Made by a program: the position numbers and the translations under genes | Shown here: one piece after another, positions 12,560-24,989 of the stretch | Position numbering within the stretch: position 1 is the first letter of the stretch | Layout of the letters: each line of letters starts with the position of its first letter | Assembly (NCBI GenBank): GCA_036172245.1 | Contig: JAYWIR010000044.1 | Location: 310,001-374,000, forward strand | DNA length: 64,000 nucleotides | Origin: Raillietiella orientalis | Taxonomy: Eukaryota | Direction: 5' to 3' | Notes under the pieces: generated by a model | What the model saw: the letters and a program-made list of their open reading frames with translations, nothing else | Database searches by the model: none | What the model was told of the DNA's origin: nothing

Positions 12560-15500
12560 TGCAATCATCGGCACATCAACAGAAGAGGAAAAAATAGATG
12601 AAAAGAATGAAAGTAACACCGAGCAAAAATATCAAGCGCAATGCTTGCTCCAGAGGACAGCTTCTGGAGCAGATCCGTTGTCACATCAATTCTTGGAATC
12701 CTCGAGAATGAATCAGAGATGCCCGAAGATGAAAATGATTTTGAAATGCAATCGAGCAAGCAACTCCAGGGGTCCAAAGTAGAAACAACCAATCCAAAAG
12801 AAACAGTAGAAGAAAACAACAGGGAAAGAGAAAATAGGAAAATTAGAAACTGTGCGGAAGGATTCGAGAAGGAACAGAGTAAATCCGAAGCCTTCTCGCG
12901 AGACGTAGGAATGGATTGGAAGGTTTTCCGAAGAGAATAGGAGGCACCTTTGAAGAAGATACGAAAATTGCTGAATGCCCGCACAAACAAGCCTTATACA
13001 AGAAGGACCTCTAAACAAATCCGAAATACAGAAGCTCTACAGAATTGATAGGAGAAGAGCGATAAGAACAGCGATAGGGCAAAGTGAATGTGGATGTCCT
13101 ATCGAACTTGATCAAGTGGAAGACCACTTCAGAAAGGAGCTAGAGGGGCCAAGAATCTAACTAATTATCGAATTTGTGATTATGTATTGCTGAGAAGAAC
13201 GCCCAGCATACATCCAATGGAGGTGCACTCTATTAACGGAAGATGAGGTTTCGAGGATGATGAGAGTAAGAGAAGATTCCTCTCCAAGGGAGGATGGAAT
13301 TACCTATTCTGGGTGGAGGATGGTGGACCCAGAGGCACGATTGCTTACGCCCATATTCAGCGTGCTAATGGGGAAGGTCTTCAGTCAATGGAAAAACACT
13401 AAAGCTATTCCGTTACCTAAAAAATCGGAGGCATCCTAGAAAATCGAAGACCAGTATCTATAGGCAACAGCACTTAACGTTTACAAGCCAAATGCCCGCC
13501 CGCGAGACGCAGAGATTGGATACTGGGCAGCGAAATCATTTGCCCCCAACAGAAAGGGTTTTTGCCTTTCGACAGGGTGCTGGGCCAAAAATTTTTCTCA
13601 CAAACAAGACCCGACACAGCAAGGAGTGGAGCCATGGATCTGGGCATCGCCTTCGTGGATCTTGCCAAAGCATCTGGAAACATATCGCATCAGTGGCTGC
13701 TGCAAGAGCCAGAGATGGCTGGAGTTGGGACCACCTTCCCAGATATTACTGAGGAGCTCTACACGAACAGCACTACATGTATGTAGCTCCAGAAGCAAAC
13801 CACCAGACGTTTCTACCGCGAAGAGGAATGAAACGAAGGTGTCTCGAGTTCACCCCTCTTCATAATAGCGATGGAACCAATGCTTCGAAGGATGAGGGAG
13901 TACTTTAAAGATGCTGCAATTTTGGCGTACATCGATGATCTGGTTAGAAGGTCCCATTCAAAGGAGCAGCTAAGACATACGCATATTCACTGAATTAATT
14001 AAACAAGCTGACCTCTCCATCAACTCCATGGGATGTGCCTGTCTGATTTGTGTGGAGGAAAAACATCTAAAAGCCTGCACATCATGGAGTTGGAAGTAGA
14101 AGGAATGAAGATCCCGAGTATAAGTATGTCAGAAGCATACAAATATTTAGGAAAACCGTTCGGGATAGACATATTTAAGAAAACTCCGACAGAGGGAAAA
14201 GGTCATCCCAAGAGCAGAATCCATACTAGACAGTGGACCCTCAGTATGGCAAGAAATAGATGCAATGAAGACCATCTTTCCGAGTCCCGTACATTACGAG
14301 AGGCTCGGAACACACCAGAAGTAGGAATGAAGTATTATGAAAATCAAGAGGATCCTTCACCTCCCTTCAAGAGCTGCGAATTGTATAGTACTTGTATGAC
14401 GACAGAAGAACCTAGACCTGATGCGGCTCTCAGATGAAGCGGACTCCTTCATTACTGACAGATGCTTTCCGTTGCTCACGTCACCAGATACCACAGAGAG
14501 GGAACTCGCCAGGGAAATAGAGGGTGTATAAATCTGGAGGTGGTGTATACTCTTGCACAACCTCTACGTGAGCACCTGGGAAAAATATCTGTCTGGAGAC
14601 TCCACCGAAGAATCCTCTAGAGCAAGTGGACATATCAAGAACATCCAGTTGACTGGCAGTAAAGCAGCCTCCGAAGCCTCGTTTGATATAGCCCTCCCGA
14701 GAATTCGTATTGGGGAGACACTACTTGATGCTAACGTGAGAAAGGGAGGTCACGAAATGCGTTGGACTCCACAGAGCTTCCAGTTCTTAACATCGAGGGA
14801 CCGCACTAGGTTCTCTGACCACAAATCCCTTCATGAAGCGAGGTCAGAGCAGAACAACGAAGAAGGGAAGAGGAACGCTCATGCCGTCGCTGTGCAACGT
14901 GGGACGAAACATTGCCTCACATATTGAATCATTGTATGAGACACTCGACCACGTAGAAGGCCAGACACGACGCACTTGTGAAGAGGATAAGAAACGCGGT
15001 CACCTCTACTGCAGGTTGGACAGCAGCTGCAAGCAGCCAACGTGCCCCCGGCATCAAACGGACACTCCAGCCAGACCTCGTCCTTTCGAATGGAAATAGG
15101 ACGACGCTGGCGGACGTAGTATGCCCTTTGGAAAATGGGGAGGAGGCGTTCTACAACGCAAGGATACAAGAGGAAGAGAGAAATGTTAGGAAATGGCCTC
15201 CCAACTGGCGCAAAGAGGTCTGCAAGTTGACCCTTTGGGCGCGGGGCTCATCAAATGTAAACGTTCCGTGGCGCTGTGGCGCACGCGAGGCGCCGTGGCG
15301 GCCTCCGTGGACGGAACGTTCTTTCGCTCTCCGCGTGCTCTGCCGAGGCACTTCCGAAAGGACCGCTTAAAGTTACTACTGTAATTGTTTATTTACACCA
15401 CATTCAATGAAATATTCTCACCTTTCCCAAAAATATTTATTTAACGATTATAATCATGATTCCAATAAATCAATTCGAATAATTCATTCACATTTTCAAG

Positions 15501-15915
15501 ATATCACAGAGATGAAAAACTATAACAGAGTCTATGCGACATCCGAGAAAAAACGGAGTCAGCCGATAATTTCGTTCACTGTCGTTGCTAAGGGAATTAT
15601 AAGAACGTAAGTGTATGCATCCATCTGAAACATGGATAGCGTTAACTTACATCGCGTATATAAAATGAAAACATTTGCCAGACGCATATATGAGTCCATA
15701 GTCCACTCTGATAGTTTTCGTAGGATGCATATGTGCGCCCCACAGCACTCAAAGCTGGTTCATGCCACTGCTGTAGGGTGCTCGGGGCATGGTACCCCCA
15801 AAATGATGGACTCCTCAGGGATCTTGGCATTCCCAGATCCTATTCCATGAAGATGACACAACTGATGGTCGCATGCTGTATCAGTCACAGCCGAGATATA
15901 TATTGGATGCATCGG
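12560..15915 (+). mobile_element. Decayed RLE-type non-LTR retrotransposon (NeSL/Utopia/R4-like) ORF
   Basis: IQKLYRIDRRRAIR, SSPREDGITY, QQKGFLPFD, IAFVDLAKA, LAYIDDLV, YKYLG, CCHC knuckle CRRC..ETLPHILNHC..RHDA, restriction-like PDLV..DVVCP, C-terminal GAW...SRDIYWMH; many stops and frameshifts. Confidence 0.85.
15231..15758. mobile_element. piggyBac-like MITE inserted in the RLE domain
   Basis: Flanked by ttga/ttca (degenerate TTAA); begins CCCTTTG with an imperfect inverted end (caaag..gg); removal roughly restores host reading GLQV-ATAVG-LGAW. Confidence 0.5.
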
Positions 15916-16825
15916 CTGGGTCATCGGCTGGACTGCAGGGTGCAGGAATACGTCCTTGAAAAAGATGGAGGGCGCAGCAAATGGACGGCTACACTCACCA
16001 AAAGAGCAGCCCCACGGTAAAAAAACGGCATCATAAGTTCGTGAACAAGAAGAATCAGTTTTCTAAAGCGTTCCCGTCTTACTATAAAAGATAACACTTT
16101 GCTATTATACTGCGACTACATTCTTTTATAATCTCCTTATCAAACCTCTGTAAGTCCATATAGGAGCCAAAATTGCAGCACAAGTGCCAACCAGTGAAAA
16201 AAAAAAAAAAAAAAGCACATCATCAAGCACACCTCTGAAGATGATCCAGGATACGGATGTGCCTTTTCGTGACGCAGTAGCTTTCCTGAGACCCGAACTG
16301 GTTCTCTCAGTGGCGCACTTCACAGCAACGCTCGAAAGTCGCCCGCGAGTTGCCACGCAACGGCTACGGGTGGCCGTTTTCTTTGCCTTTTGGACTAGCG
16401 ACGAAGGGGGGGGGGAGTTTACTCAAAACAGCACACACACACACACGTAACAGGAGACAGGGCAAAGCTGAACCAGAGAAGATTCGCATCAGGCTTTTCC
16501 TTTTTTGTTTTTCTCGCACTGGGCGCCTGTGTCACCCTTTCGTTGCCAGGAAACTCTGCTTTTCCTCGACCTGGATTCCCACTCTTGCGTGTCTTCCCGG
16601 CAAGTACTCGCACACGCTCTTCTTCTGGCATTTCCTCATAGCTCTTCCACGAGGCGGCAGGCGCACTCGATGTGTTCGTTTCGCCACGCTTGGGAAAGAA
16701 GAATCCACTCTTCTAAAACGCTCTTTCCGCTCTGCCCACTTCTTGTGTTGTCTCCAGGTGGCTACAGGAGCATCCCGCTGACGTCAACGGCCGTGTCGTG
16801 AGTGCTACTGGTATTGCTACCACAG

Positions 16826-17757
16826 TTCCGCGTCGGAAGGCTTCCGTGTGTAGTACCATGGGTCGTGGGTTCGAATACTCCGGCAGAAACTGCCTCCACT
16901 GCGTCGTTGCGTTCCGAGTTTCTCCTGCAATGGCGCTGGTTGGCCGAAACATTAGGGCGTGGCACCGGTGGTCGTTTACGCCGGAGGCCCCCGATGGATG
17001 GGAGTCGAGCTTCGGGTCCTTCCAAGAATCAAGGAGTGGGGAATCCCTCCTCCGGTCGTACAACGGAGAGAGGACCCCTCACCGTGGGGACCTCCCGGTT
17101 TCAAGATGGAGCAGGGGCCCTCACGGGAACCTCTCCAGTTGTTCAAAGGAGCGGACCCCCCTGTTGGGGGGTCCCTCCGAGTCGTCGGCTCTTCACAGAG
17201 TGTGCACAAGGAAGCAAGCGTGAGCGATTCCCTGCGGGAAGCTGCAGCGCCCCTTCTGAGTTTCGGAAGCGTCCCTTCGGGGTTCTCTTCAGAGGAGTGA
17301 ACAGGAGCGGTTCCCTTGAGGGTATTCCCTCCGGAGAAGAAATTCCACAAAGGGATCCTTTCCGGGTTCCCTTTAGAAGATGAAATGGAGAGGACCCTTC
17401 AGGGGGGTTCCTATGGAGAGAATGAGGAAGGAGATTCCCTTCGGAGACAGCCAGGGTAGGAGGTGCGATCCTCCTTGAAGGGGGGATCCCTTTCGAAGCG
17501 TGAGAGGAACGGACTTCGAGCCTTCCTGGATTCATAGGGCGGACCCACTTCCGGGGTGCCCTCTATCTTGAAGAACACGCACCTTCCGCGGGTGGCGTGC
17601 AACAGTGTTAAAGAGTCACGTGGGCCGCGAGGCACGCGACCGGCTCTTGAGCTATTTAACGAACCAAAAAAAAAGAACACCTGAAAAACCTGAAAAAAAA
17701 TGCTAAAGGGAAAAAACAACGAAGACAGAAAAGAACCCAAGAGGATTTCCATCATAA
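16826..17757 (+). mobile_element. Family A (copy 2, longest)
   Basis: Box B-like gtgggttcgaatactcc (16865-16881); hairpin array (cccTTCGggg 17273-17282); tail cttgaaga..acacgc..gcgtg..gttaaagag and aggatttccatcat shared with other copies. Confidence 0.85.
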
Positions 17758-17779
17758 AATCCACGTATCTCTACACCTC

Positions 17780-18795
17780 TGCAAGCGGCATCTTCCATTT
17801 ACTCTGACAATAGCCTTTGCGGGAAATGCGGCAGATAAGAAGAATCTTCAATGGGTGCATCAGAAACCAGACCGTGATTACGGAGGAAGGATGACGAGCT
17901 GGTCTGCCATCACAAGGACGGTTGGCATAAGATTCCCAGAGTCCCGGAATCGAACGAAGTGTCGGAGGATTAAAAGGTTTCCAAGAGGCAGAAGTACATC
18001 AGCGAACCAAGGCCGTGCTCGGAGACACGTTATTCCCGGGATACAGAATTCCTGGGATGTCTTGAACATGACCGTTTCATACATGCGGCTCCGCTTCATT
18101 CCACCCTTGCTCGAGGCATTCCCACCAGAGGCCGCCGGACAGCCTAAGAAAGGGAGCGGCTCCGGCAGCGTGCAGTGCGCCTCCCTGCTTTACCGAGTGC
18201 CTCGGAGGGAGTACTGCAAGCCTTCATCCACCGCTGTACCGCACCGTAAGATGACACCCTAGGGAGCTGTCCAAGGAAACCCGCTTTCCACGAACGGCTC
18301 CCTAAGCCTTGCAGAAATCTTCAACAGGAGCTGTGTCCGAGGCTGGTGTCGGTTGTTGCGGTGTTGGCTCAAGTGCTGGTGTCCGAAAAAACCGTCAAGG
18401 TCATCCCACCCGGCAGTTTATCAAACTTCCACCGGGCGTTGCCATGTGTTTCTCATCGGGGTCACAAAAGCCTCTCGAAACGAGCATCAGAAGCCTTGGG
18501 TGGACCCCTGCCGGCAATGGGAGAACCTTCAACAAATCTCCAGGGGTGCCGAAGAGACAGGGACTCTGCCCTTCACTTCCTTCCATCTCGTTTTCCGACT
18601 TTGCCGTGCATGTAAGAGTTCACTAAGGAGGAAGTCGTGCCTCCAATGCAATCCAGCAGGCTGGTGCAGTCTGCAAAAGCAATCTGCCACGAACAAGGGT
18701 TTGCCATCCAACCATTTCAGAGAACGGGACTGCGCCGACGCTACTGTGGGACTCCCTAGAGGAAGACCTCTGCTGTTGCGGATGATTACGGTGTT
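17780..18795 (+). mobile_element. Decayed Penelope-like element (RT relic)
   Basis: GLP-HKDG (~GLPKxHK, ~17901-17922), IQNSWDVL, SVQCASLLYRVP (~SxDVxSLxTxVP), QFIKLPPGVAMC (~FYKQxxGVAMG, ~18414-18449). Confidence 0.6.
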
Positions 18796-18799
18796 GGTT

Positions 18800-19720
18800 C
18801 CTCACCTGGGATCACTAAGGCATTTATTTCAAACAATAAGCAATGCAGAATGATAGCATCATTGGTCCTTATCAAGTCCTGACTTGGGCAAGCCTTGCCG
18901 AGATTCCAGTGCGCAGACCGGGCGGGGTAGCCTCGTAAGCAGAGGGAATGATAGAAAAAAAAAAAACTTAGGTATAAATGACTTTGGAGGGCACGGGAAA
19001 GGATCACAGCCTCTGTGCTAAGGGCCGTTCTTTGCATCCTCTCCAGGATGCTAACAAGTTCTTCACCGGGTTTCTCCAGGTGATGTCATCTCATTGTCCT
19101 CCGCAGAACAACGTAGGGCGAAGTGGATGGCGTCCCTGTCGCGTCTTCCTCCTCTGGTATCGCCCCAGGTAATCGCAATCTGCTTAGGCCGCAAATAGCT
19201 GCTGGAGATGCGGCCGGCGGCAATGCGTCTTGCGCGAAGAGCAGTCTCAGTGAGTCCATGGGATTGCTACATGGGTTCCGAAGGGTCGTCGCTGCAAGAC
19301 GCTCCCACAACGGTCACAACGTCCCTCCCAGGGTCATACAGTCCACGAGGGTGGTAAGGGGGAGTTTCCTGTTCCCCGCACTTGCTGCAGTCGGGATCCC
19401 GGGTTTGATGATGACGGCGCGCGTTGCATGGGAGGCCCCAGTGCAACAACAGAAGCGCCTACTCCTGCCTCTGCAGAGGGAGGGTGCTGTCGCTCAGGAG
19501 CACTGGGACCACTCGGGATCACCCGAGCTCAGAAACTTTTTGGCAGGAGACTTGATGTCGCAGCATCTGGCAGCTGGTCCGTGGTTCAACCATCGTATCT
19601 CCTGCCCCTGGGGATGATTTCACGGCAGAAGACTTCCTCCCATTTGGCCAGTGGGTTGCTGCCGATGTGCTCCCTCAAGGAGGGCAGCGCCACGGAAAGG
19701 AAAGTTCTTTCCGCCCACGC
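18800..19720 (-). mobile_element. L1/Tx1-clade 3' fragment
   Basis: LHWGLPCNARR..DPDCSKCGEQET, LFAQDALPPAAS; conserved 3' UTR and terminal aataaatgcc..ccaggtga. Confidence 0.8.
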
Positions 19721-19728
19721 ATACTTGA

Positions 19729-21085
19729 TTTATCACCCGGTCACGCTGGGACGTTTATTATAAAAAAATAAACACATATATTAAAGGCCAATGGCCGTAA
19801 TATGTGTGTCCGAAAATGCTCAGAACCTGCCGAGTAACCGGCACGCAGGCCAGCGAGGTTCGCCTCGCCAGCGGAGGGGGAGGGTGCAAACAGAAATAAA
19901 AATAAATACAAAAAAATTGGGAGGGTTGGGGAAGGGATCACCGGGTGCTGGAGGACTTCTTCTGCATCCTTTCAAGGATGCCGGCAAGTTCCATCGGAGT
20001 ATGCTCCAGGTGGGGCCATCTTGCTGCCGTCCGCAGGAAGTGCAGGGAGGAGCAAATGTGCCGTCCTTCTCTAGCGTAGCTCCAGGCCTCGCAATCCTGC
20101 TGCGTAGGCAGCAGCAAAGAGCTGCTGGGGATGCGGCAGGCGAAAGGATGTCGCTCACGAAGAGGCGCTTCAACACGTCCCTGGGATTGCCGTCCGTGCA
20201 CCAAGGGCCTTTGCATCACGCAACCACAGGAGCCGCAGGGAAATACAACCTACGAGCAGATGTGGGAGAGATTCCCATTCCCCGCACCTGCAGCAGTTCA
20301 AATCCACAGCTCCCCGGATCCGGTGAGAGCGGTGGGAATTGCATGGGAGACCCTAGTGCAACGGCAGAAGTGCCGACCACTGCCACTTCAGGGGGACAGT
20401 GCAGACTGTCCATCATCGCCGAGGGCCACTCGAGGTCTTTCTGTGGGATTATAGCAGCTCCCTCCAGCTCAATAGTCGTTTCCGTGGGGCACTTGGCGTC
20501 GCCGAGTCCGTGAGCTGGCCCGTGGTCCAGTCACCTAATTCCTTCGTCCGAAGACTTATTTCGCAAGTGACCTCCCATTTAGCCAGTTGATTACTGTTCA
20601 AGTGCTTCCTGAGGGAGGGCAGTGCCATGGCTAGGGAGGTTCTTTGCACCCACGCACACGTGGTGGGGCTGCACGATGACGTCCTGCAGCGAGCAGCTGT
20701 TGTAAGAAGAGTGCAGCAATCGCTGCCGTAACTTCGGGTTTGCCTCGTTGATCTTCCCCCACGTGAAGACGGTTTCCACCAATCAGGAACTATTGTTCGA
20801 GGGCGGAAGGAGATCTGGTGTCCTCCCTGGTCCGTGGAGCTACTCGCCGCAGTTGAATCCTGCAGTTGGTCCACCTTGCAGCGGCGCCGTGCAAGGAAAC
20901 AAGGGAGTCTCTCGCAGCTGGTAGGTCGTTACGGCGTTGGCCAAATTTCTGCTGTTGTTGAGGATTGTGGTTGCAGTGTTGGTGGAGCTCCTGCTGCCAT
21001 TGATGATGGTGATCATGATGCTGGTGGAGTTCCTTTGATGGTAATGATCGCAAGTCAGTGGCGCCAATTCTCGGCCCATCCACTC
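19729..21085 (-). mobile_element. L1/Tx1-clade 3' fragment
   Basis: TWGKINEANPKLRQRLL..SLQDVIVQP, LREHL/AKWEV, RLFVSDIL, FLRTAARWPHL; 3' end taataaacgtcccagcgtgaccgggtgataaa. Confidence 0.85.
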
Positions 21086-21129
21086 ATTCCTCTACCAGAC
21101 TTCTGCTCTTGAAGCCGCTCCTATTCTGG

Positions 21130-21690
21130 ACCTGAGGAAGACCAAGACGCAGAGTTTTCCTGTCTGTGGACGCTACAAGGTCCCGGATACTTCCGAAAGA
21201 CTTGGCGGCGCCGTGTAAGAGTGCTGGCTTCGGCATCCTGACGCTGGAAAGATCCAGACTGCAAGTGCGGTTCCAAATGCTGGAGCTTTGGGCAGACCTC
21301 CCAGTGGTGTGCGCCTCACCCGCAGCGAGGCGCTTACGCCGTTGCCGCCGAGCTGCGGATTCAGTCCTCTGCACCGTTGCAGGAGCCAAGAAAACGCCCG
21401 GATGGTCGGGAGGCGAACGAGCAGGAGGTGAACGCCTCCACGCCTCGCTCACCTCTCCGTCGGAGCACCGAACTGCTTGGTGCGACCCCCGAAGAACTCG
21501 TCTGGGTGCTATCCGGACGGGCCTAGGGGGGATGGAGGGGATGCAGAGGACTCCTTCCAACGGACTCCTTCCTTTATACTTGCTTTTTTTCCCTTTTGGT
21601 TTTCTCCCTTCTCCACCGCTGCGGCGGTAAACCTCGCTGGTCTGCTCACCGGCAACCCGGCAGGTCCTCTGTAGAATCGAGCGTGGTATC
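21130..21690 (+). mobile_element. L1/Tx1-clade fragment, internally deleted
   Basis: KDLAAPCKSAGFGILTLER matches KDLCAPGRDGGLGLLTLER at 35775; then jumps to the ORF end and 3' UTR hairpin. Confidence 0.7.
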
Positions 21691-21759
21691 ACCACGCGTG
21701 TCCTACCACAATCGTTGTAAGTTTGTTGTTAAGTCCAACAAGCTCATCGGCGTGACCGG

Positions 21760-22400
21760 ATGGCAACGAATAACTCGTTGTTCCTCCTCTCTGCGTGAAC
21801 ACCTCGGTGTTCCCACCCATGAAGCGAAAGCAGGATGTCCTGCTGTTTGTGCAATGGTCCTTCCAGTGCGACCAGAGCCGTCATCTCGTCTACGGGGAAT
21901 TGCATCCTTAAACTGCTTGAAGTGTGGACCGTGGAGGACTTGTCGGAGGACTGCGACGCCTTCCGGGAAGTTGGGCCCACGTTGTTGCCTTCAGCGCTCC
22001 TGCACCATGAAGAATTGCTGCGGCGATTCTTCGCAGGAAGAAGACTCACGACAAGCGCCGCGATTGCAACGAGATGCCGCATCTGAACCATCGACACGGC
22101 AGTCTGTTGGAAGTCTCGGGCGCACAGAAGGAAGGTCACCCTCGTTGCAGCCGCTTACCTGAGGGCGGCTGCGAGGTGGGCAAATCTCGAAGAAGAAGTG
22201 GAGTCGGGCAATCGCCGGCAATCTGCGCCGGTTCTAAGGAGAAAGCAGCTGCCCCCTCGATACCAAGGACCTTTGTCCTTTTTTTTCTTTACTTAGTGTC
22301 CTCTTCCCTTCCTCTGCGGACTGCTCCAGCGGTGAACCCTCCCCTCAAGCTTCTCCTCGTAGTTGCTGCTCCTACCGTTGTCTCGGAAACTGTGCACTTT
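21760..22400 (+). mobile_element. L1/Tx1-clade 3' fragment (diverged)
   Basis: LREHLG, CLKCG, AYLRAAARWANL (~FLRTAARWSHL). Confidence 0.6.
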
Positions 22401-22439
22401 GTTTGCTTTCATGGAATGAATGCCCATGGCGTCGCCGGC

Positions 22440-23000
22440 TGAAAAACTGTGAACTCCAAACATCCAATTATGCATGGATGACAGAGTTCGCTGGAGAATT
22501 GTTTGTGTTTTTGAAATCTTGATGGGCGGTCGGCTCGGCTCCGGCTTCTCATAGGAGATCCCTTGGACGTTTCAAAAGAATTGGTGTTCATGTTGAACTC
22601 TGCGCGTCTGAGCTCCCTGGTCATGCACAGACGACCTCGAGTCAAATTGATGTGTACACAGACAAAGGGGAATCCCGAAAGTGTTTGCTTTTTTGTGTCT
22701 GCGTTTTTTTTGCAGAGACTCATCCTGTGCGACTAAGGAATTCAAAAATCGGTCTTGTGAGTGTTTGCTAGGTCCACCGTGTACTTGCAAAACACTGGGT
22801 GGGACTAGTGGAGCTCGTTTGTGTCCGTGTAGATTTTCCGCGCTTGTCAGTCTTTCTCGTTTTGGGCGCACGAGGAACTTTTAGAGGTCATTCAGTGGTT
22901 AAACGATAACTAGGAAATGCTTCTTATGGCCAATCCGGCCAGTCTGCAGAGTCGATAAGAGTGCAAGATCAGCTGGACGTTGATGTCCTGATGCAAACCC
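22440..23000 (-). mobile_element. Decayed Penelope-like element (RT relic)
   Basis: NLHGHKRAPLVP (~KxHK..PLRP) and EFN...FETSKGSPMRS (~FxFN..YxQxxGxPMGS, ~22545-22600). Confidence 0.55.
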
Positions 23001-23339
23001 TTCTTCCGGCTGCCAGTGTCAGCCTGCACCATCTGCCTGCACTCTGTGTAACTCGGGATTCCGGTCCAGTGATAGATGGATCGGAAACTTTTCTCTCTCC
23101 GAAATCAGCGAACTCTCAACATACACATCACGGCGTGCCATGATGCGTATGCTGTATTAAAAGAAGTCACAAAAGTCTAAGTAATTAATTTATTTCATGC
23201 TAGAATACAAAAAAGAAAAAGGGAAAGTGATGAAAGATGCATGCAGGTCCCAGATACACATTTTTCCAGATAGATCACTCCTTTGAAATTTCACTCCGTA
23301 AAATGTCTAAGCGCTAAGCGCTGACCAACCGGAGACGAC

Positions 23340-23735
23340 ACGGTGTCTCATTCTGGCCACCTGTCCAACATCCAACTCGGCTTCAGTTGTGAGAACCACC
23401 AAGCCTTCCTGCTCGAGATGCGGGGCTAGAAGTGGGTAGCCGCCCGCCAGACGATTCCAGGAGCAAATCGGGAGCTGAGGTCGGACCCTGTGCTCCGGGG
23501 AAGGGTCCAGACCGTCGCAATGGACTTCGTTTGAATTTACGACCACTCATCGTCGGCTCTGGAAGAGGCGAGCGCGCGTCTGAGGACTTTTTTTTTTTTT
23601 TTTTTTTACCTTCGGCTCCAAACGAGCACTACGATGCGGACGTGAGGGCCTTAGGGCAGGGTCTCTGGCATCCTGATGAAGTGTTGCGGGAATCGAAAAT
23701 TCATAAGGAGCAGCCGAAACACGTCACTAAGGAAA
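23340..23735 (+). mobile_element. PLE 3' fragment (GIY-YIG relic plus possible hammerhead; pLTR-like)
   Basis: CSRCG...ARRFQEQI (~CxxC..RFxEH) and PSAPNE (~TxxPxGLN), followed by CTGATGA (23673-23679) and CGAAACACGTC (23715-23725). Confidence 0.45.
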
Positions 23736-23918
23736 CGAGACGTTCAAACATGAAGTGTTGCCGAGGTGCGCATTGAAGCAGTCTCCTGGGTAATGAAATG
23801 ACACCAAAGAACAAAGGTAGAGAGAAGGGAGCCGGATTCGAGAGGATGTTGCAAATTCTACCCCTGCCCGTGTCCTTTATCAGCACGTTTTTTTAAACAA
23901 CAAAAAAAAAAAATACCT

Positions 23919-24491
23919 CTTTGCGTGGCTGAAAGTGGGCAAAACGGAAGCACTGAGCTTGAGATTCTCTCTTGGCGTGTGGCAGTAGACAGTGCTGAGT
24001 GGCTGAGTGGCCAGTTATCATGAGCTCTGGATGGTTACGCCAGAATGTCCAGCAGTTTCGCGCCACAACGCCAGGGGTTCTTTCCGCGTTATACGAGCCC
24101 GGTGAGTTACACGCGGACAGTATGATGGTATGTATGAAAGACATGACCGTGGCAGCAGTAGCACGTTTCGCTTTGAAACAAGAGTGGAAAAATAAATAAA
24201 TAAATAAAGGCGTTTATTTATTGCCACAAAATTTTGTTGGTATTTAATCAATTTGCACAATTCCATGGATTCGTCTCTATCGTTCTGGTTGCTGAAAAGT
24301 GCATCTTCTCGCTCTGTTGTATCGACAGAAATGTAAAAATGAGACGGAGAGATTGAGTCTCGACGGCAACTGAGCAAACGTTTTGGACCACAGACGCGGA
24401 TTTTTTTTCCCACCGAGCCGTACGGGTAGGGCGGACATCGATCGTCGTCTCCGCGTTGTACGAATCCGCGTCATACGGGAGTATTGTATTG
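23919..24491 (+). mobile_element. pogo/Tigger-like non-autonomous DNA transposon end (family B, copy 2)
   Basis: Strong similarity to 4420-5047; terminal ccgcgttgtacgaatccgcgtcatacggg..attg followed by TA. Confidence 0.65.
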
Positions 24492-24989
24492 TACACGCTG
24501 TGGGTCGGAAAGAAGGAAGGAAGAAACAACAAAATGGGTAGTCCACGGGAGCCATTTTGGGAAGAGAAGCAGTGGTCCGAAAACGCCCCAAGGGCAGGAA
24601 GAACGGCAGGCATCCGCAATCAAGCTCCATTGACCAGCACGTTTCCATAGTGCTTTCTTGAAGGAACTTTTCTTGCAAGTGGGCGAACGTGGGAAAAAGC
24701 GAAGTGTGCCGATGGCTACTTTTGGCTGGTGCTTCTCCTCTTCTTGATCAGCGACCAACTTTTTGGACAACCCAAGTTCCATGGACAGAAACGAGGTTCT
24801 TGGGAAACTTCCAAGTAGTGCCCCGTGGCAGCGCTCTTGGTGACGGCTTGGGTGTTTCCAGTGGTGTTCCGTTCGATGTTTCGAACGAACCCTGCGGAGC
24901 GCGTATCCTGCTTCCAGGCGCTTCCTTGCAACTCAGCGTGGGGCTCCTCACGGCATTCGCGGCCACGCGTGCCAGGGCGTTTCCTTTCT

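Noticed and set aside
15915..16200. snRNA or rRNA target site flanking the RLE element
   Set aside because: No recognisable U2, spliced-leader or 28S sequence at either end.
17563..17615. Hammerhead in the family A tail (cttgaaga + stem + ttaaa)
   Set aside because: Core deviates from CUGANGA/GAAA in all four copies with this tail; only the ACACGC/GCGTG stem is conserved.
19820..19880. HDV-like ribozyme in the LINE 3' UTR (cctcgctggc)
   Set aside because: Could not build P1/P2/P3 pairings; a simple hairpin explains it.
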